Origin: an uncultured virus (IMG/VR IMGVR_UViG_2061766007_000957)
Taxonomy: Duplodnaviria; Heunggongvirae; Uroviricota; Caudoviricetes
Strand: one strand, 5' to 3'
Virus record (IMG/VR): IMGVR_UViG_2061766007_000957
Location: 44,585 to 64,584 of that record
Length of the DNA: 20,000 bases
How positions within the stretch are numbered: position 1 is the stretch's first letter; each line of letters opens with the position of its first letter. The position numbers and the translations under genes were made by a program. Below, piece by piece: positions 8,367 to 15,265 of the stretch. A model generated the notes under the pieces. The model ran no database searches. It saw only the letters and a list, made by a program, of their open reading frames with translations, and was not told the DNA's origin.

Positions 8367-8437
8367 TTCTATCCTCCTTTATCCATCATCATAACAGCTA
8401 ATCTCCTTTCCATAGGGCTTGTAGGTTTATCCTATTA

Positions 8438-10114
8438 TTAGCTGAGCAAATAGTTCAGCAATTCTCTCTTATCTCCGGCCAGCTTGCCATCAACCATAGC
8501 ATCCGCCATCATACCTTTCTTTTCAACAATTTCATGAATGCGCTCATCAATTGTATCCTTACACATCAAGGTATAAATTGTAAGATTGTTTTTCTGTCCA
8601 ATTCTATGACAGCGGTCAACACATTGTTCTTTCAAAGCCATGTTCCAAGGCTCATCCAAAAAGATCTCAACTGTCCCAGCAGTTAATGTAAGGCCCGTGC
8701 CCATTGCACCGGAAGTTCCGATCAATATCTGAATGTTACCATTCTGAAAATCTTCAACTATATGCTGGCGACGATCATCTGGAATTTCTCCAGTTATACA
8801 AGCTACATTATAGCCAGCATCTTCTAATCGGTCAAGTACAGGATCTACCATTTGAGTCCAATTTGTAAAGATAACAACCTTCTTATTATTACCGGTAGCT
8901 TCCTCAACTAACTCCATCATTCTATCTATCTTAGCCGATTCCATTATGGTACTGGATAAGATCCCAGTAAAACCAGTTGCTTGTCTCATACGGATCAATT
9001 CTGCTAAAGGATTTGGAGATATAGAAATCTGATCAATGTTGTCTTTGATTTCCTGCGTCACTTCCTTATAAACTTTCTTCTGCGCAGGCAGCATATCCAC
9101 AAACTCATCAATATAAGTTTTCTCCGGAAGATCTAAAACTTCTTCTTTTTTGCGGCGCAGCATAATTTCATTAAGTCGATCCTGCAATTCATCTAAGTTC
9201 TTATAACCGACAACTTGATAGCCACCAAATCCACCATATACACAGTAATGTTTCTTGAAGCTGTAGAAGGCATGCTTTTCATACCCAAGCCATTTCAAGA
9301 TAATAAACAGATCCATAGGCTGATTCATAAGGGGCGTTCCAGTCATGGCAATCATTGTTTCTGCCTGCAGCTGCAAAATACCTTTGCCCTGCTGAGTGGA
9401 TGGATTTTTACATTTATGACATTCGTCAAATGCTATCATACCGATAAGCCCGCATTCGCATGCCTGCTTCAAAGCATTCGCAATAACCTCATCCCGCAAT
9501 GATTCTACATTTGTGATAATGAAATATTCATCATGTGCTGGGAGATCAATAATGTCATTATACTTGTCCTGATTGCTTCCAATAGAGATTCGATTGCCTT
9601 TTGTTTTCTGACCAAGGATCCAAGCATCTTCATTAGAATGAGTATAAACCTCATTACGCCAGTTCCACTTCAAACCATTAACGCCGCAAATAATAAGGCA
9701 ATGCTTATATCCTTTCGCGAGCTTCTTGGCAACCGCAATATCAATAACCTGCTTAGTCTTGCCAAGTCCCATTTCATCTCCCAGCAACCATCTGTCATAT
9801 TGCAGGCCATAGTTAAAACCAGTTATCTGATGTTCATAGGGAGTTGTTTTGAAGTTGAATCCCTTCGGCATAACTGCCTTCGGTTTTTCTAAAGATACAT
9901 ACTGGCCACTGATATCGAAATCCTGATCCGGTAATGCCTTTACAAAATCTCCCAGCTTATTCAATGGGAGCTCCCACTTCTTTTCATCCGCATACCAAAA
10001 CTTAGTTGGAAAAGTACGAATGACCTCGACGATTTTCATATCGAAGTCAAAGGTAATGAATAATGAAAAATCTCCATTCAATCTGTTTGCCTTGTCTATA
10101 GTGATTTTGATCAT
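8438..10114 (-). CDS. SNF2-family helicase with N-terminal HARP-like domain
   Basis: LLGDEMGLGKT, DECH, MTGTP, MLRRKKEEVL, GTGLTL and QCVDRCHRIGQ motifs; N-terminal F-D-F...IRTFP..FW....KWELP resembles HARP. Confidence 0.93.
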   Translation of the reverse strand: MIKITIDKANRLNGDFSLFITFDFDMKIVEVIRTFPTKFWYADEKKWELPLNKLGDFVKALPDQDFDISGQYVSLEKPKAVMPKGFNFKTTPYEHQITGFNYGLQYDRWLLGDEMGLGKTKQVIDIAVAKKLAKGYKHCLIICGVNGLKWNWRNEVYTHSNEDAWILGQKTKGNRISIGSNQDKYNDIIDLPAHDEYFIITNVESLRDEVIANALKQACECGLIGMIAFDECHKCKNPSTQQGKGILQLQAETMIAMTGTPLMNQPMDLFIILKWLGYEKHAFYSFKKHYCVYGGFGGYQVVGYKNLDELQDRLNEIMLRRKKEEVLDLPEKTYIDEFVDMLPAQKKVYKEVTQEIKDNIDQISISPNPLAELIRMRQATGFTGILSSTIMESAKIDRMMELVEEATGNNKKVVIFTNWTQMVDPVLDRLEDAGYNVACITGEIPDDRRQHIVEDFQNGNIQILIGTSGAMGTGLTLTAGTVEIFLDEPWNMALKEQCVDRCHRIGQKNNLTIYTLMCKDTIDERIHEIVEKKGMMADAMVDGKLAGDKRELLNYLLS

Positions 10115-10165
10115 TTTGTTTCCTCCTATATATGCCCGTATAGCCGCTAGCCCAGCTCCTGATAT

Positions 10166-10909
10166 TTAAGCCATCGGATTAATAAGTGTTCTAAAATGAT
10201 AACACTGGATGTTATATCCACCGGCTCCGATGGTCTGTACTTTTGCTTTGCCTTTTGTTCCAATAATGAAACCATTCAGATCATCCTTTGCTCCAATACT
10301 TAAGTTGCTGGCATCCGTGATCTGTCCTACGATTGCATTTGTTCTTTCAATAATGAAATCGTATTTACGGTTGGCTTCCTGTTCCAGATCTTTGTCCAGC
10401 TTTTTCAGATCCAGCTCATTTCGATCCATGTATTGGATGATCCAATTCCATTTCGAAAGATAAGCTTCTCTGACCTTATGCTCTTCTTCTCGCAGCTGCT
10501 TGCGTTGCTCCTTCTCGGAATAAGGAATCTTCCAATTCATCAAATCACAATAGTTACGTTCATATTCTGCATATTCCTGCTTTGCTTCCAAATATGCAGG
10601 CACTGCGTCGATATAGTGCTGGCGAACCCTTGCCTTCCAGTTATCCAGGAATTGAGTGATAACAACCACATTGCGGCTTGCTGCCTTTTCCAATTCCTGC
10701 ATCAACTTCTCATTATAATCTGCTAATGCCTTTTTTGCATCCTCTAAATCTTTCAATGCCCAGCGCTTATCCTGTTCGCTGTAATAATACGGGTTGACCT
10801 CCCAGTCAGTTGATTCCGCCATCGCGATACGATCCAGCTTCTTTACAATCTTGGCAATTTCTGCTTCCTTGCCTGCAATCCTCTTCTTTAAAAATTCTAC
10901 ACTTGCCAT
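10166..10909 (-). CDS. Hypothetical phage protein, first gene of the early operon
   Basis: Start MASVEFL at 10909 with RBS AAAGGAGG; coiled coil, then a C-terminal DLNGFIIG...VQTIGAGGYNIQCYHFRTLI segment that I recognise from other Firmicute phage proteins of unknown function. Confidence 0.85.
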   Translation of the reverse strand: MASVEFLKKRIAGKEAEIAKIVKKLDRIAMAESTDWEVNPYYYSEQDKRWALKDLEDAKKALADYNEKLMQELEKAASRNVVVITQFLDNWKARVRQHYIDAVPAYLEAKQEYAEYERNYCDLMNWKIPYSEKEQRKQLREEEHKVREAYLSKWNWIIQYMDRNELDLKKLDKDLEQEANRKYDFIIERTNAIVGQITDASNLSIGAKDDLNGFIIGTKGKAKVQTIGAGGYNIQCYHFRTLINPMA

Positions 10910-11027
10910 TCTGCTACCTCCTTTGTGGTTTATAGTGTTTGTAGTGGAGAAGCTTTGCTGTCCTGCCAATATCGACCGCGTAGCTTGATTACCACGACCG
11001 GTACCCGGTTTTGCAATATATCAGCCC

Positions 11028-11064
11028 TCGTAAATATTATACGATATATTTATGGTAAATACAA
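11028..11064 (-). promoter_or_regulatory. sigmaA-type early promoter with the same 18-bp operator as 3355-3372
   Basis: TTGTAT (11059-11064), 17-bp spacer, TATAAT (11036-11041); ATCGTATAATATTTACGA is identical to the other copy. Confidence 0.8.
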
Positions 11065-11066
11065 CC

Positions 11067-11108
11067 AAAAAATAAAAATAGCAGATTTCCGTAGAAACCC
11101 ACTATTTT
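11067..11108 (-). terminator. Rho-independent terminator closing the cassette
   Basis: Stem AAAATAGTGGGTTTC / GAAATCTGCTATTTT with a C(UACG)G tetraloop, followed by a U-rich tail. Confidence 0.85.
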
Positions 11109-11125
11109 CAATAATTTGATGGCAT

Positions 11126-11497
11126 TTAGAATTCAATATTTGAAAGGTTTTCTTCTATTATATGGCGTTCTTCAGGTAAATCGGTGCTGTTATATAGGAT
11201 ATGCAGAAACTCCAATACTTCTTTGCATATAACCGCAATATGAGTTAATACGGCTTCCTTTTCTGTCCCAGTTAATTGATATTGCCTTTTAATATCACAA
11301 TAACGTTTATAGCTGGGGAGTATATCAGTCAATTCCTTCCCTACCACATCATTTTTAATTGCTGACACTTGATTTAAGGCTTCTGAATTAAAATGTCTTA
11401 CAATGTATAGGGACGCCAGCTTTTCACAGTTGTTAAAAGTTGTATCGTTGTCCTCCAATTCTTGAATTGTATTCTCTACCAGCTGCATATCTAACAT
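11126..11497 (-). CDS. Hypothetical helical protein (last cassette gene)
   Basis: 123-aa ORF overlapping the ferritin-like gene's stop. Confidence 0.8.
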   Translation of the reverse strand: MLDMQLVENTIQELEDNDTTFNNCEKLASLYIVRHFNSEALNQVSAIKNDVVGKELTDILPSYKRYCDIKRQYQLTGTEKEAVLTHIAVICKEVLEFLHILYNSTDLPEERHIIEENLSNIEF

Positions 11498-12063
11498 ATG
11501 CTCACCTTCAATTCTTCTTCACATAGCTTTTGATATTTCTTATGCTTGCGTCCCTGCTCCTCGATGATCATAGTCATATCATAATTGGTTGCTTCTTTAT
11601 TCAGCCAATAGCGTTCAGCCTTTTTAAGCTCACAGTCCACATCCTCTATAAACTCTTTAACCTTCATGGCGCTGGCTACTTCATTTATGGCAATCAATTC
11701 TTTATACATCTGTTCATAGAGCTTCTTTGTATCCCGCTCCCATTCAACCCATTTTGTAAGACCATTCTTTACTCCATTCTGTTTTGTTGAAATATCAACA
11801 TCAGATCTTACATGGTTATACCAACTGTCCGGTATGAGATTTGGATCCTCAATTTTTTCTTCGGGAATCAAATTATCATGATGATTGATAAAGTACCTAT
11901 TCAAACTTCTATATCCCAGCGTTTCTTTCAAGAAATGGTATTCATGGCATCTTTTATAACCCTTCAATCCGAGAAAGTCATAATAGTTTGCCATTTGATC
12001 ATGGATCATCATTCCTTTTATCATATGAGATGCCAGCTTACTATATATCTCTTTCAGTTCCAT
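11491..12063 (-). CDS. Ferritin-like four-helix-bundle protein
   Basis: HDQMANYYDFLGLKGYKRCHEYHFLKE and WVEWERDTKKLYEQM...FIEDVDCE follow ferritin-like helix and ligand spacing. Confidence 0.7.
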   Translation of the reverse strand: MELKEIYSKLASHMIKGMMIHDQMANYYDFLGLKGYKRCHEYHFLKETLGYRSLNRYFINHHDNLIPEEKIEDPNLIPDSWYNHVRSDVDISTKQNGVKNGLTKWVEWERDTKKLYEQMYKELIAINEVASAMKVKEFIEDVDCELKKAERYWLNKEATNYDMTMIIEEQGRKHKKYQKLCEEELKVSIC

Positions 12064-12283
12064 TATTTTCCTCCAATAATTTTATGATATGGTCGAGCTT
12101 GATATCCTGCATCTCAAGATGGGAATGGATCTCCTGTAATAACATTTCAGCTTTATCTGCTAAATCATTTTGCAATTCCTGCTTATCGGATTGAGTTACA
12201 TTTTCATCGAGATTTATTAAACCGATAACAAAACTCATCACGGTCAATATATCCAAGAAATCAAGCTGACCATTATTTGTCAT
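12041..12283 (-). CDS. Small hypothetical protein (hydrophobic N-terminus + coiled coil)
   Basis: FLDILTVMSFVIGLINL followed by a heptad-rich region; overlaps the downstream gene. Confidence 0.75.
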   Translation of the reverse strand: MTNNGQLDFLDILTVMSFVIGLINLDENVTQSDKQELQNDLADKAEMLLQEIHSHLEMQDIKLDHIIKLLEENNGTERDI

Positions 12284-12284
12284 A

Positions 12285-12662
12285 TCAACATACCTTCGTT
12301 ACTACAATATTTGCATCCGTAAAAGTTGCAGATGCAGATCCAGTATTTCTTACCTGTATATTAGTTGGCTGACTGCAGCAGCATTTCGTATTATTTTCTG
12401 ATACCGGAACAAGGGTTACAAACGAAGGCGAAGTGCCAGTTGATTGAGCCTGCGGTAGAGCCACACCATCTTTGAATAACTGAATAGTAGCTGCCGTAGC
12501 AGAACTTGCATCTACTGATACCATATATACACCGCATTTATTCAATTCTATAGTAGATACCCCATTTAATTTAACCGTACATCCTTTTTCGATAGAAGTA
12601 TTGTTAAAAGGTATTGCCGTATCCTGTGGTACTGTTACATTCAAACTATATGCTTCTAACAT
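12285..12662 (-). CDS. BclA C-terminal / C1q-TNF-like beta-sandwich protein
   Basis: AIPFNN...TIELNKCGVYMVSVDAS...IQLFKDGVALP...IQVRNTG...ANIVVTKV follows the BclA-CTD/C1q strand pattern, with a CCC insert; RBS AAGGAGG. Confidence 0.6.
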   Translation of the reverse strand: MLEAYSLNVTVPQDTAIPFNNTSIEKGCTVKLNGVSTIELNKCGVYMVSVDASSATAATIQLFKDGVALPQAQSTGTSPSFVTLVPVSENNTKCCCSQPTNIQVRNTGSASATFTDANIVVTKVC

Positions 12663-12680
12663 TTACTCATCCTCCTTGTT

Positions 12681-12711
12681 AAAAATAAGAGGAGCAGTTG
12701 CCCACTCCTCT
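12681..12711 (-). terminator. Internal intrinsic terminator of the cassette
   Basis: AGAGGAGTGG-GCAA-CTGCTCCTCT followed by TATTTTT. Confidence 0.75.
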
Positions 12712-12755
12712 CGATACATAGGCATACTATATATGCTCACCAAATATAAATTTGT

Positions 12756-13406
12756 TTATACTCCACAACCACATCCGCAAAACGGACTCATTCCAGCATT
12801 GTAAGTCCAAGAGTTAGGATATCTTACAACACCATTGGTAGCCTGCGCCAGCTGTAACTGATTAACCTGTGCCTGCAAAGCTTCAATCTTATCCTGCGCC
12901 AGCATATCTTTTACCGACTGGATCTGCGCTGTGATATTTGCATTAGTAGCTGCATCTCTCATAGCGCCGTCATAATTTGTCTGCTGAATTAACTGCTTCG
13001 TCTCACAGCAGCATTCATTCTGCTTTGCAAGAAGGTTTGCCTGACCTACCTGTAACTGTGCAATATCTCTCTCAGTTTCATTGTAAAGATTCTGCATGGC
13101 CATCAAGCTATCATGGAATGTCTGATTAGTAGCTGCGATACCTGCCTGACCCTGAGCATTCACTGCTGCGAGAATGTCTCTGGTCTGTGCCTGAAGATTC
13201 TGGTTATCGAATCCACGCTGCACTTCATTAGATGTAGCGAGGTTCTCATAACCGATGGCATTATTAAAACCGCCCCAGCCAAAACCATTGCCACCCATCA
13301 TTGCAAGAATGAGAAGTGCGAAGATCCAGAAACCGCCACCGCCGAAACTGTCAACGCCATTTCCACCAATAGGCATTACCGGCATAATTCCCGTACCGTT
13401 ATCCAT
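12756..13406 (-). CDS. Gly-rich / TM / coiled-coil / Cys-cluster protein of unknown function
   Basis: GGGGFWIFALLILAMMGGNGFGWGG, a long Gln/Ala coiled coil containing ECCCE, C-terminal FCGCGCGV; very strong RBS AAAGGAGG. Confidence 0.85.
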   Translation of the reverse strand: MDNGTGIMPVMPIGGNGVDSFGGGGFWIFALLILAMMGGNGFGWGGFNNAIGYENLATSNEVQRGFDNQNLQAQTRDILAAVNAQGQAGIAATNQTFHDSLMAMQNLYNETERDIAQLQVGQANLLAKQNECCCETKQLIQQTNYDGAMRDAATNANITAQIQSVKDMLAQDKIEALQAQVNQLQLAQATNGVVRYPNSWTYNAGMSPFCGCGCGV

Positions 13407-13435
13407 TTGTTTTCCTCCTTTAGATTTTGTATATA

Positions 13436-13681
13436 TTAAGCGTTGCGCATCGCTTGTATGATTTGATCCGCATCTACATTCATTTGCTTTGCAAGATCTC
13501 GAAATGCCTTTTCCGGATTTCCATTAGCAGCTTGTATCAAAGAATTAACCTGCGGATTTCGTTGAAGCATTTGTTGAATCATTGCCTGCGGATTACTCAT
13601 AGTCTTAAACTGCTTTATGAGATTTGTGATATTACTTGATAATTGGCTTTGCGGATTTAACTGCTGATACAGATTTGTCAT
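13436..13681 (-). CDS. Small Gln/Met/Asn-rich protein
   Basis: NPQAMIQQMLQRNPQV...NPEKAF; RBS GAAGGAG. Confidence 0.8.
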   Translation of the reverse strand: MTNLYQQLNPQSQLSSNITNLIKQFKTMSNPQAMIQQMLQRNPQVNSLIQAANGNPEKAFRDLAKQMNVDADQIIQAMRNA

Positions 13682-14006
13682 TTGCGTTCTCCTTCATTAT
13701 TGATTTAACCAAAGAAGCCAGCTCATCTTTCTTAACATATCCGGTTAGATCTACATTTGGAGTTGAAGTATTAGTTATCTCTTCAAATCTAAAAGTCCTC
13801 AAATTACACATACCTACATTATCGGATACCTTTATATAGAAGATCCCATCGTTCTCACTATCTAATAAAATGCAATTAGATGCTGGCATTAACTGAAAAG
13901 CCTTTGCCCCTTCAATTCCCTGCACCCAGTTTATACCATTATGGTTTTGCTGGGCGACATAATTCATTTGCGGAAACATAGGGTTTGTTATTGTTGGATT
14001 GATCAT
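13632..14006 (-). CDS. Hypothetical protein (P/Q/M-rich N-terminus, WVQGIEGAKAF domain)
   Basis: 124-aa ORF with RBS GAGGAGGAG; INWVQGIEGAKAF...LLDSEND-IFYIK...YVKKDEL. Confidence 0.85.
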   Translation of the reverse strand: MINPTITNPMFPQMNYVAQQNHNGINWVQGIEGAKAFQLMPASNCILLDSENDGIFYIKVSDNVGMCNLRTFRFEEITNTSTPNVDLTGYVKKDELASLVKSIMKENANDKSVSAVKSAKPIIK

Positions 14007-14124
14007 GGTTTATACTCCTCCTCGATAAGTTAGATTGAGATTGAGTATATGCAAAGAATGCATATACCGGAGAACAATTTAATTCTTTCATTATGTTTTT
14101 AAGATCATTACTTATATCTTTCAT
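13939..14124 (-). CDS. Possible leaderless small ORF at the start of the cassette
   Basis: MKDISNDLKNIMKELNCSPVYAFF...; ATG lies 6 nt after a TACAAT -10-like box (14131-14136), with no RBS. Confidence 0.35.
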   Translation of the reverse strand: MKDISNDLKNIMKELNCSPVYAFFAYTQSQSNLSRRSINHDQSNNNKPYVSANELCRPAKP

Positions 14125-14139
14125 ACTCTTATTGTAAAT

Positions 14140-14170
14140 AAAAAAGAATCCCACTAAATGTAGGATTCTT
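14140..14170 (-). terminator. Intrinsic terminator ending the tail/holin block
   Basis: AAGAATCCTAC-ATTTA-GTGGGATTCTT followed by TTTT. Confidence 0.75.
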
Positions 14171-14198
14171 ATACAAAAATTCTATTGATAAATATATG

Positions 14199-14513
14199 TT
14201 ATTTGTCCCTTAGATCTGCAACTGCTTGCTCAAGCTTATAAGTACGCTCGATAACAGAATTATGCTTCTCAACCTGCTTTGCTAAATCATCGAATTTTGT
14301 TTCTATGATTTCAACTTTCGTATTTATTTGAGAAAGTTCATTTTGCAGGGAATGGATTTCTGCATGAGTTTGCTGATGATATTCATCAAGCGTTTTCTGC
14401 ATATCCTCCCTTGTTTTATCTCTTTCTTTTCTTGCGGACATTTGCCATGTTCCCATCGAAACAAGAAGCGTTACTCCACCTGAAATTAAAGCGCATGCAA
14501 TTTCTGCATTCAT
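14199..14513 (-). CDS. Holin-like / XhlA-like membrane protein
   Basis: Single N-terminal TM segment (IACALISGGVTLLVSMG), coiled coil, and the L..QVEKHN.VIERTYKLE motif typical of Clostridial phage lysis-region proteins. Confidence 0.65.
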   Translation of the reverse strand: MNAEIACALISGGVTLLVSMGTWQMSARKERDKTREDMQKTLDEYHQQTHAEIHSLQNELSQINTKVEIIETKFDDLAKQVEKHNSVIERTYKLEQAVADLRDK

Positions 14514-14526
14514 AATTTTATTCTCC

Positions 14527-14613
14527 TTACATATATTTATCCATAAACCATTGAATTAGCAGGCATATAATCGTCATTACTATTCCAATGGATAATACAA
14601 ACAAAAGAGCCAT
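14527..14613 (-). CDS. 28-aa single-TM peptide
   Basis: MALLFVLSIGIVMTIICLLIQWFMDKYM; fills the intergenic gap, and its stop overlaps the next RBS (TAAGGAG). Confidence 0.55.
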   Translation of the reverse strand: MALLFVLSIGIVMTIICLLIQWFMDKYM

Positions 14614-14615
14614 AT

Positions 14616-14816
14616 CTATATCACTCGTTTCATTTTATCTTTTACTCTTCTTGCCAGCTTAGAAACTTGAGCTTCTGATACATTCATTTGTAGAGCTATT
14701 TGTATATTAGAACAATCCTGCGAACGTAAATTAAAATATAATAATTCATCCGGAGTGAAATTGCAAAGCTCTCTAAATGTATTCAGTTCTGGTACAGTGA
14801 AATCTCTAAGCTTCAT
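14616..14816 (-). CDS. Stand-alone GerE/LuxR (sigma region 4-like) HTH regulator
   Basis: NFTPDELLYFNLRSQDCSNIQIALQMNVSEAQVSKLARRVKDKM matches the LT..E.......G.S...IA..L..S..TV......I..KL pattern. Confidence 0.75.
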   Translation of the reverse strand: MKLRDFTVPELNTFRELCNFTPDELLYFNLRSQDCSNIQIALQMNVSEAQVSKLARRVKDKMKRVI

Positions 14817-15251
14817 TTATGTTGTCTTGATATATTGCAGGGTAACATATACAGTCACCTCCGCTGCGGTAACATAGGCGATATATATCTGCAATGCATT
14901 TTCCCGAATGTTAATATTTGCGGACTTATAAGTAAACATTGCGGATGCACCGCTGCCTGAATAAGTATCGCGACCAAACGCTGTAAAATTACCCGAATCT
15001 AACAGAATATATCTAACATCAACAAAAGTCTTATTTGAAACATCAAAATCAGAAAAAGAATGCCATGACTTGTTTCCGGTTGAAGGAATTGTTTTCGTTA
15101 AAGTAATCTGATATAATGGCGATCCATCTATCCATCTACCAACGACTTTTTCAGTTGTAGAATAATCATTTGCAGAACCATTCAAATAAGGTCGTATACC
15201 TTGATAAAAATCCTGCAAATCGCTTTTTGTTACCATTTTATTTGCTGACAT
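14817..15251 (-). CDS. Tail-fibre-associated protein (YST-E-VVG-WIDG domain)
   Basis: YSTTEKVVGRWIDGSPLYQIT...VTLQYIKTT; paralogous to the C-terminus of the upstream gene. Confidence 0.7.
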   Translation of the reverse strand: MSANKMVTKSDLQDFYQGIRPYLNGSANDYSTTEKVVGRWIDGSPLYQITLTKTIPSTGNKSWHSFSDFDVSNKTFVDVRYILLDSGNFTAFGRDTYSGSGASAMFTYKSANINIRENALQIYIAYVTAAEVTVYVTLQYIKTT

Positions 15252-15265
15252 TTATCTCCCCTCCT

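Noticed and set aside
7200..10969. Longer N-termini given by the track (7256, 8149, 10969)
   Set aside because: Downstream ATGs at 7199, 8095 and 10909 have strong RBSs; the extensions run through RNA structure or another gene.
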